Source of the DNA: Pyrinomonadaceae bacterium | GTDB taxonomy: Bacteria; Acidobacteriota; Blastocatellia; Pyrinomonadales; Pyrinomonadaceae | Reading direction: 5' to 3' | DNA length: 64,000 nt | Assembly: GCA_030448055.1 (NCBI GenBank) | Contig: JAUJNR010000002.1 | Span: forward strand, 329,882-393,881 | In this document: in pieces, positions 9,070 through 18,655 of the stretch | Position numbering within the stretch: the stretch's first letter is position 1 | How the letters are laid out: every line of letters begins with the position of its first letter | Notes under the pieces: model-generated | Databases searched by the model: none | What the model was told of the DNA's origin: nothing | Seen by the model: only the letters and a program-made list of their open reading frames with translations | Position numbers and translations under genes: made by a program

Positions 9070-9576
9070 TACGGCGAGGGCACAAAAACGCTGTATGAAG
9101 ACGATGTTAGTTTCCAATGGGGAAAGAATGTCCCACCTATAGCGAAGAAAGTAGTTAGCTATCCCGATGATATGGAGGGTGTTGTGTTCAGAAATTGCAC
9201 ATTTAACTTCACAGAGAAAAGCCCAAATTGCTACGTCTATTGTGTAACAGAAAAATTCGATGAAAAGGCGATGGTCGCATTTGGATATGATGCCTGCGTA
9301 AGAATTGATAATCCTGACATGTTTTTTCGTGAGTTAACCAGATGTATCGAAAAAAAGCATAGAATAGTTCACACTCTTGTAAACAGTTGTGTTTACACAA
9401 ATCGGCGACAACAATATTCTCAGCAAGATAGTTTCCATCCTGCTTTAATCAAGCCCCCACGTTTGGAGTATCAGAAAGAAGTTAGAGCTATATGGACACC
9501 TGCTCTGGATGAACGGATAGCTCCTTTTTTTGTAACCTGTCAACAACTAACACAATACTGCTCCAAGTATCACTAA
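9070..9576 (+). pseudogene. 3-prime 168 codons of a gene split by IS insertion and inversion (5-prime part at 43569..43658 minus)
   Basis: The tracked start MVT at 9061 lies inside the IS end. The ORF continues seamlessly from minus-strand 43658..43569 when the inversion is undone. The product is not recognised. Confidence 0.8.
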
Positions 9577-9621
9577 CTTAATTGCTTACATCAAACAAAT
9601 CGTTAATTCAATTATCATAAG

Positions 9622-9873
9622 TTATTCGCTTTGCCTTGTGAGCCGAACTCCAGACCTAACAATCTCGAAATCAGTGTCGTTAATTCTGTTAATCCTTAAA
9701 TCACCGTCTAGCCAGTATTCTTTGGCTATGTCTTCCCAAACTTCAGACCCAGCGAAGATTGTAGCATCAGTATATTCAGTAAATTCGGTTATTTGGTATG
9801 TCTCTCCGTATTTGTCAGTAGCAATGAATTTATCAGTAATCTTGGTTTTGTTCATCCTTAAAAAATAACGCAC
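9622..9873 (-). CDS. hypothetical small protein
   Basis: An 83-codon ORF in a low-GC segment; an internal Met at 9855 is an alternative start. No recognisable motif. Confidence 0.4.
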   Translation of the reverse strand: MRYFLRMNKTKITDKFIATDKYGETYQITEFTEYTDATIFAGSEVWEDIAKEYWLDGDLRINRINDTDFEIVRSGVRLTRQSE

Positions 9874-10304
9874 TAGGTATGAATGTGCTACTAGGATTGG
9901 ATACCGAATCTTAAAACCGAACTCGAAAAAAAACGGCGCGGTTAAATAGAAGCTATGATTGCCCTCTGCAAATTCTATAAAAAAATTTACAACGAATTTA
10001 TTTCAAAGGGGCAAAAGTGAAAAATGACTTTTGCCGCTTCGCTCAATCTTTTGATTGTCTGTTTATCCGCCGTTTTTGCGCGTTCTAACCGCGTCTGTTG
10101 GTCTTTTACTGCTTGATTGGTTACTTACAAGCAAACGCCGTTTTTCAGCAACACAGGCGATTTTCAAAGTGTGTGATACTGTCACACATTTTTCTTCTCT
10201 ATTTGGCACAGAGCCTCAGCTGAAAGTAAATCCTAAAAACAAATAAATTTACGCCTCAAAGAAAAAAACAATTAAAGACAAACTTTCATAGATTTATAAA
10301 TTAT

Positions 10305-10688
10305 TTATAAGATACGTTTTTGTAGCTTAAAGAAGGTGGTAGTCCATGACAAATTTTCTTTTCGGCTTTTTTCATCACCTCTAAACGCTGTTATAACAGT
10401 GCTTATTCCCGGAATTGACCCTGCTAATAAGTCTATTGCGATGTCAAAAGCTAACTTATCAGGCGTTGTTCGCGTGTTAAATAGTTCTTCAGATAACTCA
10501 TCTGTTATTATTCGCGAGATTTCATATCGCAAATCGGGCACATCATTTCTGGATGCGGCTTCTCTAGCTACACGCTCTACGTCTATCATCTTTTTGCGGA
10601 ACTCAACTAATGAAGGATGTTCCCTAAGTTGCCAAAATTTATTTTCAAACTTACCCACTACCTCAAAAATTGGACACTCAATAGGCAC
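10305..10688 (-). CDS. hypothetical protein
   Basis: A 127-codon ORF in a low-GC segment. No recognisable motif. Confidence 0.5.
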   Translation of the reverse strand: MPIECPIFEVVGKFENKFWQLREHPSLVEFRKKMIDVERVAREAASRNDVPDLRYEISRIITDELSEELFNTRTTPDKLAFDIAIDLLAGSIPGISTVITAFRGDEKSRKENLSWTTTFFKLQKRIL

Positions 10689-10799
10689 AAAAAATTAACT
10701 CGCTTACATGTATTTGGCGCACTTGGCACACAAATGAAAAAAGCATCAAAATTGATGCCTTTTTGTTTACGTAAGTTATTGATAATATTACGTTAATAA

Positions 10800-10846
10800 T
10801 GGAGCCACCTTCGAGACTCAAACTCGAGACCTTTCGATTACGAATC
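10800..10846 (-). repeat. orphan copy of the 3-prime 47 nt of tRNA-Thr (att-type duplicate)
   Basis: Identical to 45834..45880 (CCA end through the anticodon loop) in the same orientation. Identity extends 5 bp further (AATAA) on the low-coordinate side. Confidence 0.9.
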
Positions 10847-11447
10847 TTAGATAGAAGTTATCTTGAGTTTTATTAACTTCAATTTACTTCGTTTTATTCA
10901 GCATTTTGGACATTTCAGTTTATGATACATTCATTAAGTTTTGCTGAGTTTGGCATACTTGGCACACATTTGGCACGCAAAAAAGTTAAAGCGGATAATA
11001 AATGAAGGGTCATGCCTAGCAGAAAAGTAAAATATAATACTTAAAGCTAGTGATGACAGATAGTTATAAACATCTTTTACGCGCTCGAATTTCGCGCTCT
11101 AAATGCGCGTCAAATCCTGAAGCTGTTTGCTCTTGATTTGACCGCGCTGCAGATTGCTGAAATTCTCAATCTGAATCGTAATACGATAAACCGCTATCTG
11201 AAATTAACACGAACTTTGATTGCCGATTTTTGTGAAAAGAGTCTCCGTTTTCCGGCGAAGTAGAATGTGATGAATCTTATTTCGGTTCGCGTTACCAATC
11301 GGGCAAACGCGGTCGCGGTGCTGAAAACAAACACATCGTTTTCGGTATCTATAAAAGAAACGGAAAAGTTTATATATAATGAACCCCATAATTCGGACAG
11401 TTAGTTAAGGTGGAAAATGATGATAAAATTGCCATTGAAAAATGACC

Positions 11448-11743
11448 ATGGCAGCCACCAAAAAACGCAATGTTTATAAACCGGAATTCAAAGCCAAAGT
11501 TGCTTTGAAGCCGTTCGGGGCAAGTTAACGATCAACCAGATTTCCAAACAATTCGGAGTTCATCCGAATCAGATTTCCAAGTGGAAGAAACAGTTTCTCG
11601 AAAACTTGCCACAGATTTTTGATAATTCCAAACAGCCGTCAGCAGAAGCAGGCGAGGAATTGACCAATCAATTGTATCAACAAATCGGGCAGCTGAAAGT
11701 TGAGCTTGATTGGCTCAAAAAAAAATCTTCCCTTATCAGTTAG
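11448..11743 (+). pseudogene. IS3-family OrfA with a 1-bp deletion
   Basis: MAATKKRNVYKPEFKAKVALKPFGAS-stop. Adding one base restores VALEAVRGKLTINQISKQFGVHPNQISKWKKQ. An A9 run lies at 11717..11725, at the orfA/orfB overlap. Confidence 0.7.
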
Positions 11744-12623
11744 AGTGCGCCGCGAGTTGGTCGAGCCGGAGAATGAAAAGATCTCGGTAGCAAGGCAATG
11801 CGAGTTGTTAGGACTCAATCGGACAGGTCTTTACTATCGCTCAAGAACCGAGAGTGTTGAAGATGGGAATCTGATGCGGCTGATCGATGAGCAATATACG
11901 CTGACGCCGTTTTACGGCTACCGGCGCATGACGGTTTACTTGCAGAAATCGGGTTTTCGGGTCAATCACAAACGAGTCAGGCGCTTGATGAGAAAGCTTG
12001 GACTAGAAGCCATTTACCCAAAGCCTAATTTATCGAAGCCGGGGAAGGATCATTTGACTTACCCGTATTTACTTAGAGGCGTGGCGGTCGAATATTCCGA
12101 TCAGGTCTGGGCGTGTGATATTACCTATCTCAGATTGGGCAGCGGATTTGTTTATCTGCTCGTGATTATGGATTGGCATTCGCGCTTTGTGATCGAAATG
12201 GAAGTCTCAAACTCGCTCGAGTCGAGCCCGTTTGTCGAAGCCTTGAAACGAGCGCTCGCGAAAAGCAAACCGGAAATCTTCAATTCCGATCAAGGGAGTC
12301 AGTTTACTTCGGTCGAATGGCTGAAGGTTTTGCAGGAGAACAAAATTCGGATCAGTATGGACGGACGCGGACGCTGTTTCAACAACATTTTCGTTGAAAG
12401 ATTATGGCGTTCAGTCAAACAGGAAGAAGTATATTTGAAGGAATACGCGGATGTCTGGGAAGCGGAGGAAAGTTTGCGGCAGTATTTTGAATTTTACAAT
12501 TATCAAAGACCACATCAATCACTGAACTATCAGACACCATTTGAGGCGTATCAAAAAGGACGAAAAACAGAAGAAAATAAAGGAGCAAAACCGGCAATTT
12601 TAGATAACCAAATGACACCTTAA
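11700..12623 (+). CDS. IS3-family transposase OrfB
   Basis: DDE core motifs WACDITYL, FNSDQGSQFTS and NIFVERLWRSVKQEEVY. Confidence 0.85.
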   Translation: MSLIGSKKNLPLSVRVRRELVEPENEKISVARQCELLGLNRTGLYYRSRTESVEDGNLMRLIDEQYTLTPFYGYRRMTVYLQKSGFRVNHKRVRRLMRKLGLEAIYPKPNLSKPGKDHLTYPYLLRGVAVEYSDQVWACDITYLRLGSGFVYLLVIMDWHSRFVIEMEVSNSLESSPFVEALKRALAKSKPEIFNSDQGSQFTSVEWLKVLQENKIRISMDGRGRCFNNIFVERLWRSVKQEEVYLKEYADVWEAEESLRQYFEFYNYQRPHQSLNYQTPFEAYQKGRKTEENKGAKPAILDNQMTP

Positions 12624-12682
12624 AAAAGTGAGTTTTCTGTCTCGACAAAGGGGTTCACTTTAATACCGAGATCGTTGAAAAC

Positions 12683-13021
12683 GTGCGCGCCTTGACTTTG
12701 CAAGCAATTATCAAAGGTCGTGTAGGTTTTGATTCGACACTCTACACCGATGGTTTTCGCTCTTATGATTCGATTGTTCACCTCGGTTACCAGAAACATT
12801 TTCGGATTTATCATCAAGATAATTATGCCGTCGGCGATGTTCACATCAACGGCATCGAAGGCTTCTGGGGATATGCCAAAGTTCGACTGGTTGAATTTCG
12901 AGGGCTTTCAAAGAACACTTTTTACTTGCACTTAAAAGAGTGCGAGTTTAGATTCAATTATCGAAGTCATGACTTATATAAAATGCTATTGAAAATTACT
13001 AAAAATACCATCTTCTGCTAG
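12683..13021 (+). pseudogene. C-terminal part of the IS1595-family (ISXO2-like) transposase
   Basis: ALTLQAIIKGRVGFDSTLYTDGFRSYDS...HINGIEGFWGYAKVRL...FYLHLKECEFRFNYR. The N-terminal part at about 11090..11374 also carries a frameshift near 11235. Confidence 0.8.
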
Positions 13022-13091
13022 GCATGACCCTAAATGAAATATAAACTAGAATTGTTACTGAGCAGCGGTTTCAGAAGAGGCTATGTCAGTT

Positions 13092-13271
13092 TCACCACCG
13101 GTGACAAAACAAATTCGCGCGGTTGAAGACGTTTTGTGCGTTGATGCGAAGTTGTGCAGACACATTCTTTCGGTAAAAAGAATCTCTTTGACAAAGCCAA
13201 ATCAACATTGTTTTTCGATGAGTCTGCGCGGTGAAGTCAGGCGTAGCAAAACTCACCAAATGGTCGTTCAT
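13092..13271 (-). pseudogene. remnant of a TonB-dependent receptor C-terminus
   Basis: A minus-strand 59-codon ORF contains SAQLRINAQNVFNRANL. This parallels LQFRVDAQNVFNNATPV near the end of the intact receptor at 13593..16904. It has no upstream body. Confidence 0.5.
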
Positions 13272-13307
13272 AATTAATCTTCATTAATCTTCATTAATCT
13301 TCATTAA
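13272..13307. repeat. 10-bp tandem repeat, about 3.3 copies (TTAATCTTCA)
   Basis: Reads TAATTAATCTTCATTAATCTTCATTAATCTTCATTAAA. Confidence 0.9.
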
Positions 13308-13592
13308 ATTTAAATTCAAAACGAGTAAACTCTTTATTTAATGTAAAAAAATATCCGAGAAAATGGAAAAGATTCAAGTATTTGAATCAAAATTAGATAT
13401 TGTAAAGAGCATATCTAATCACTTTTGTTTAAAGAGTATATAAACACTGATTCTAGAGCGTTTATATATCATAAGGATAACTTTGCTGAACAGTGGCTTT
13501 AAAGTTGCTTGTCCTACTTAATGAGATTTATCTGTCCTTCATTACAGACATTACAGAAAATTTAACTTTACAAAAAATATTTGGAGAAAAAA

Positions 13593-16500
13593 ATGATAAA
13601 AAAATTAAAATCTTTTCCCTTGGTTTTGATGTTTGTTTTTTGTCTAACTGCACTAGCTTTTGGGCAATCAGAAACAGCAACAATTTCCGGGACGGTCGTT
13701 GACCCTAACAATGCAGTTGTGCCGGGCGCTACCGTCACGGCAAGTTCAACGACGACGGGATTTTCACGAACGACTACGACGAATGAAGATGGGCAATACA
13801 CTATTACGAACCTTCAACCCAGCACTTACGAAATTACCATTACGAGCGGTAATTTCCAGCCCTTTAAAATTAGAAGAGAAGTATCAGTTGCCGGTGATGT
13901 AAGAATTGATGCAACTCTCTCCGCAACCGCAACCGCAGAAGTTGAAATACAGGCGGGCGCCTCTGATGTAGCAGAGGTCAATGTTACCGACCAAGTGGTT
14001 TCTGAAGTTGTTGGTAACAAACAACTTGAAAATCTGCCGACAATTACCCGCGACCCGTATGCCTTTATTGTTACGCTCGGGAATGTTTCGACGGATGAAA
14101 CGGGCGGACGCGGCGTCGGCGCTAACATCAATGGTCAACGTGCCGCCAGCACCAACATTTTGTTGAATGGAGGCGAAAACGTCAACACATTTACCGCAGC
14201 AGTTGGACAAAGCGTTCCGCTCGATTCGGTACAAGAGTACCGCGTTGCAACCGGCACGTTTACTGCCGAATTCGGTCGTGCAACCGGCGGCGTAGTTAAT
14301 CTTGTCACCAAAACGGGACAAAACAAATTTTTTGGGTCGCTTTATGCATTCAATCGTAATTCAAGATTTGCATCGGCTGGTTTTGACGCGAATGCCAGAG
14401 CTGTACCCGGTGGTCCAGCACCGAGAGAATTCTTTAATCGTAATCAATTCGGCGGCTCACTTGGCGGTCCGATTATTAAAAACAAACTTTTGTTTTTTAC
14501 CAATACTGAATTGACCAGAATCCGTAGCACCAGGAATGCCTTTGCTTTGGTTCCTTCAGCAGCTTCGATTGCTGCCGCGGCTCCTGCAACCAGAGCATTC
14601 TTTGCCGGTTACACGCTTGCTGCTACTCCGACCGGAAGAACGCAAAGTCTTACCGCTACTTCCGGAAGAGTGCTTACTTTTGATGAAGTTCAATACAGCT
14701 TTGCAGCCAACACAGGAGCTGGAACACCGGTAGATGGCGTTCAATCAGCAAACAGAATTGATTGGAATGTCACCAATAGATTACAAATCTACGGGGTGTT
14801 TGCGCTCGATAAAAATACTTTTTTATTAGGTTCGAATGCAAGCAGTCCTTATGCCGGTTTCAGCACAGGATCACTGAATGACAACTACAATATACAGGTT
14901 GCGGGAACTTACCAGTTGAGCAACAATTTTGTCGGCGTTAGCAGATTTACCTTAAACAGATTGCTTGAAGACCAGCCATTAGGAGAGCAGCCAGCCGGAC
15001 CGACGCTTTATCTCCGACAAAGCGCACAAAGAATCGGAGGAACTCGTATTGCTTTCCCCGGATACTTACCATTTAATCCCGGTTCTGCAATTCCTTTCGG
15101 CGGTCCGCAAAAAGTTTACAACTTTGCTCAGGAATTTAATTACGTTGTTGGCGATCATTCTTTAAAATTCGGTGGTCAATTTTATAAAATTCAGGATGAC
15201 CGTGTATTCGGAGCATATCAGAATGCGGTGGAAACTTTGTCTCTTTCAACTAACGCGGTAGGGGCAGAGAACTTCTTTAATGGAACTCTTGCTCTCTTCG
15301 AGGCTGCTGGTAATCCGCAGGGAAGATTCCCCGGGCAAACATTGACCTTACCGGTTTCTTCGCCTGAATTTGGTCGAAATAACCGTTACTCGGAGTTCAA
15401 TGTTTACGCTCAGGATTCATTCAGATTGTTCCCTGGCTTTACTGCCAATTTAGGAGTTCGGTACGAATACTACGGTCCGCAAAGAAATACTGATCCAAAT
15501 TTGGATTCTAATTTTTACTTTGGCGGTGATGAATCTATAACGCCTGCAAATATCAGAAGCGGTTCTGTTCAAATTGCGCCAAACAGTCCGGCAGGCGAAT
15601 TGTGGAGACCTGATAAAAACAATTTTGCGCCAAGCATCGGATTTGCCTACGACATCGAAGGCAATGGTAAATCCAGTTTACGTGCCGGTTATGCGCTCCG
15701 CTATGAACGCAACTTTGGTAATGTTACTTTCAATGTTATTCAAAACCCACCCAATTACGGTGTGGTTGCAATACAACCGTCTGACATCGGTGGTGCTCCG
15801 ATTGCTATTACCCGCAACAATGCTGGTCCTTTAGCTGGCAATGTCGGTACGGTTACCTTACCGCGTGTCAGCTTGAGAGCGGTTGATCCAAACATTCAAA
15901 CCGCCTATGCGCACCAATATAGCGCTTCTTTTGAGCGTCGGTTTGGTGAAGTAACCGCATCAGCTGTTTTTTCGGGAACATCAGGCAGAAATTTGTATTC
16001 AATTGCCAACATTAATCGTACAGGTAGCGGAACGACATATTTAGGAAGCCTTGGGACCTGTCCAGGATTGGCTCCAACTGACCGCTTAAATGGATGTTAC
16101 ACCAATATCAACTTCCGCGGAAACGGTGGACGTTCGAGTTATCAAGGTATAACCTTTTCCTTGGAGAGTGGAAACCTTTTTGGTGCGGGGTTGACGATGG
16201 CAACGCGCTACACCTATTCCGTCTCCAGAGACAATTTGAGTTCGTCATTCAGCGAAACCGGAAATCAATTCAATCTTGGATTTTTGGATCCGTTTAATCC
16301 GTCCTTGGATTACGGGTTTGCCGATTTCGATGTCAGACATCGCTTTGTCTCAAGCTTCGTTTGGGAACTGCCGACTAACAGAGTTTTCTCGGATGGTATT
16401 GGCAAGGCTATTTTTGGCGGCTTTACGCTTTCGGGAATTATTGAAGCTCGAACCGGAACACCGTTTAGCGTGTATGATTGTACGGACGCTATACAGGTTT

Positions 16501-16904
16501 GCAAATATTTGATTCCAAATGGACCAATTAACTTTATGGGTCAATTAGGCGCTGATACGGGCAACGCGAATGAGTTCGAGTATCTGCGTTTAACAGGACA
16601 AAGAGGTGTTGATTTAGGTGGCACTCGAGCTAATAACGGTGGACCTTTCCCGGAGAATATGACACAAAGAAATGCCTTTCGCGGACCGGGTTACTGGAAC
16701 GTTGACTTAGCTTTGGCAAAGAGATTCTTCTTTACCGAAAGAACCAATCTCCAATTCCGAGTGGACGCGCAAAACGTCTTTAATAACGCAACTCCGGTGA
16801 TTAACGGTTTTCAGGGTGGAACTGATATTAGTGCTGGTAATGTCGTAACAGTCTCCAAATTCGGAAGACGACAACTTCAATTCGGTATAAGATTAGGTTT
16901 CTAA
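13593..16904 (+). CDS. TonB-dependent receptor with N-terminal carboxypeptidase-regulatory-like domain
   Basis: Signal peptide MIKKLKSFPLVLMFVFCLTALAFGQ after a GGAGA Shine-Dalgarno sequence. CarboxypepD_reg-like segment (ISGTVVDPNNAVVPGATVTA...DGQYTITNLQPSTYEITI). Long beta-barrel ending in ...LQFGIRLGF. Confidence 0.9.
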   Translation: MIKKLKSFPLVLMFVFCLTALAFGQSETATISGTVVDPNNAVVPGATVTASSTTTGFSRTTTTNEDGQYTITNLQPSTYEITITSGNFQPFKIRREVSVAGDVRIDATLSATATAEVEIQAGASDVAEVNVTDQVVSEVVGNKQLENLPTITRDPYAFIVTLGNVSTDETGGRGVGANINGQRAASTNILLNGGENVNTFTAAVGQSVPLDSVQEYRVATGTFTAEFGRATGGVVNLVTKTGQNKFFGSLYAFNRNSRFASAGFDANARAVPGGPAPREFFNRNQFGGSLGGPIIKNKLLFFTNTELTRIRSTRNAFALVPSAASIAAAAPATRAFFAGYTLAATPTGRTQSLTATSGRVLTFDEVQYSFAANTGAGTPVDGVQSANRIDWNVTNRLQIYGVFALDKNTFLLGSNASSPYAGFSTGSLNDNYNIQVAGTYQLSNNFVGVSRFTLNRLLEDQPLGEQPAGPTLYLRQSAQRIGGTRIAFPGYLPFNPGSAIPFGGPQKVYNFAQEFNYVVGDHSLKFGGQFYKIQDDRVFGAYQNAVETLSLSTNAVGAENFFNGTLALFEAAGNPQGRFPGQTLTLPVSSPEFGRNNRYSEFNVYAQDSFRLFPGFTANLGVRYEYYGPQRNTDPNLDSNFYFGGDESITPANIRSGSVQIAPNSPAGELWRPDKNNFAPSIGFAYDIEGNGKSSLRAGYALRYERNFGNVTFNVIQNPPNYGVVAIQPSDIGGAPIAITRNNAGPLAGNVGTVTLPRVSLRAVDPNIQTAYAHQYSASFERRFGEVTASAVFSGTSGRNLYSIANINRTGSGTTYLGSLGTCPGLAPTDRLNGCYTNINFRGNGGRSSYQGITFSLESGNLFGAGLTMATRYTYSVSRDNLSSSFSETGNQFNLGFLDPFNPSLDYGFADFDVRHRFVSSFVWELPTNRVFSDGIGKAIFGGFTLSGIIEARTGTPFSVYDCTDAIQVCKYLIPNGPINFMGQLGADTGNANEFEYLRLTGQRGVDLGGTRANNGGPFPENMTQRNAFRGPGYWNVDLALAKRFFFTERTNLQFRVDAQNVFNNATPVINGFQGGTDISAGNVVTVSKFGRRQLQFGIRLGF

Positions 16905-16930
16905 TTTTATAACCAAATTGTAACTGAAAA

Positions 16931-16954
16931 GAGGAGCGGAAACGCTCCTCTTTT
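16931..16954 (+). terminator. rho-independent terminator of the receptor gene
   Basis: GAGGAGCG-GAAA-CGCTCCTC followed by TTTT. Confidence 0.8.
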
Positions 16955-17324
16955 GCTTAAAGAATAATTACTACCTGCCGCTTCAATTCAATTTTGTGTT
17001 TTCTAACTAACGTATTATATTTGCCCTTAACTTAGCTGGATGTTGTTGCCAAACTCATTCAACCAAATCGTTTACCCGGAGCTAGCTGAAGAAGGATTCT
17101 ACAGTCCCGTCTGGAAGGTGTGTGATAATCAGTAACTGCATTTAATTTGAAAATTTGATTATGAAACGGCTTATAGTACATAATCAAACAAAATACCAAT
17201 GAATTATTGAATTTTGATTTATTTTTATACTCGTAAGTTATTGCGTCAAAAAGGGCATTTTTGATTTACTTTTAGTCTTATTACCACGTTTTTTTTACAA
17301 AACAGTAATCTCTTGGAGGTAGTT

Positions 17325-18275
17325 ATGAAATACTGGATTTTGTTTTTCTTTATGGCATTATTTCACGGGCTTAACGTAAATGCCCAAGTTCCAAATCCGA
17401 CCCCACAACCCACACCCATAACCGCTGGTTCGCGCTCAAATATCAGAATTGTCCGCGATAGTAATAATACATTTGATCAACTTAGATCCTTAGAAATTCA
17501 ACGAAAAAAGGAAGAGTTGCCAATCAACAACCCGCTTAACGAGCTTAAGCGAGTCATTTATCGCAAACCGAGTAAAGAAGAAATTCAAATCTTTGCCCCC
17601 TCTCCCTCCCTGCTTGAGAAATATGCCCTTTTTCTTCGTCAGTCAGATGTCGGAATAATAAAGCTCAATTCCGATTCGAGTTGTGTCGAAAACTCGGAAA
17701 TCATGACTGCTAAAGAAACTTGTTTGCAATATGCCATCCCCGGTGCGGGAACAGCCTATTCATTTCGGGTTGAAAGTTACCGTCTGCCTCGTTTAGCGGA
17801 TTTGATACTCTCAAAAGGAATTTTGAAAACTGACGGTGTTTTTCAACAAGGAATAATGGTAAATCTCGGAAATATTTCGCTAGAAGAGGTTACCTTGCAA
17901 ACTAAAGGATTGAAATATTTACTTGATTTCAAACCTGTTGCCGATGTTGAGAGTTTGTTGAAAATTGACCATGAATTAAGTAAAGGCATCCAAGCCGATG
18001 GTTTTCTTTATCGGTTGGGATTTTACGTCAACGACCAGGTAACATTTGCGTTGCGTTCGATTGCTTACAAAGGTAAATATATGCGCTCGGTAAAGGGAAT
18101 TCTATATAATGAGTTGGATTTTGATAAACGAAAAGACATTTTGGTGGCTTTTCGTGTGGTTGAGATAGACGCAAACGGCAACATTACAATTCTTTGGAAA
18201 ATGTTGTCGCAGGGCAATGCACCTGTCTTAAAAATTAAACAGACGAAGGAAAATCAACAAAATAAAAGCAAGTAA
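17325..18275 (+). CDS. hypothetical secreted protein
   Basis: GGAGG Shine-Dalgarno sequence, then MKYWILFFFMALFHGLNVNAQ signal peptide. No recognised domain. Confidence 0.65.
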   Translation: MKYWILFFFMALFHGLNVNAQVPNPTPQPTPITAGSRSNIRIVRDSNNTFDQLRSLEIQRKKEELPINNPLNELKRVIYRKPSKEEIQIFAPSPSLLEKYALFLRQSDVGIIKLNSDSSCVENSEIMTAKETCLQYAIPGAGTAYSFRVESYRLPRLADLILSKGILKTDGVFQQGIMVNLGNISLEEVTLQTKGLKYLLDFKPVADVESLLKIDHELSKGIQADGFLYRLGFYVNDQVTFALRSIAYKGKYMRSVKGILYNELDFDKRKDILVAFRVVEIDANGNITILWKMLSQGNAPVLKIKQTKENQQNKSK

Positions 18276-18655
18276 TGAAATACAAAATTCACATATTAGA
18301 GCGGCAATCGGTATCGCCGCCGCAACGGTACGACTCTTCGAGATTTCTTACGCTGCGCTGCGCCGTTAATACATCTCGAAAACCGAGTTTTGCCTCGAAA
18401 ATGTTTCGAGTAAATGTTCATCGGATTATTAGTTGACGTGTAAAGGTCGAAATAATTATCAATCAAACCTGGCTGATGAAGAACCGGCGGCACATTATTT
18501 ACGTACGAAAAAAGAAAAATTGGGATGCCTGCTTGAATTTAATGATTGATGTTAAATTTAATGTGAATCAATAGTAGAAATGACAGAGACAAGCAGTCGT
18601 AAGATTGTTTTGTGGAAACGAAACTTATCGAACTATATTGTCTGATCTGTCGCAT

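Larger units (their letters stand above)
11375..12662 (+). mobile_element. IS3-family element nested inside the IS1595 transposase gene
   Basis: Inverted ends TATAATGAACCCC... / TAAAGTGAACCCC.... A 3-bp duplication ATA at 11372..11374 and 12663..12665. Removing it restores ...GKVYTEIVENVRALTLQ... of the ISXO2-like transposase in frame. Confidence 0.8.
11007..13030 (+). mobile_element. IS1595-family (ISXO2-like) element carrying a nested IS
   Basis: Perfect 18-bp terminal inverted repeats GGGTCATGCCTAGCAGAA at 11007..11024 and 13013..13030. Perfect 8-bp target duplication TAAATGAA at 10999..11006 and 13031..13038. About 733 bp without the nested IS. Confidence 0.9.

Noticed and set aside
10960-10976. 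A sigma-54 promoter TGGCAC-N5-TGGCA
   Set aside because: It is one mismatch from consensus and is made of two units of a local repeat family. It points into an IS with no target gene left, so I kept it only as a remark.
13272-13307. Possible CRISPR array, also considered for the repeats at 26853..26914 and 52822..52845
   Set aside because: The units are only 9-12 bp, directly adjacent or inverted, and have no spacers of regular length. I saw no cas genes anywhere in the window.
13031-13592. A cobalamin or other riboswitch in the long leader of the TonB-dependent receptor gene
   Set aside because: I could not find a B12-box-like element or a conserved riboswitch core. Part of the region is better explained as a receptor-gene relic on the other strand. 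A covariance-model scan would be needed to be sure.
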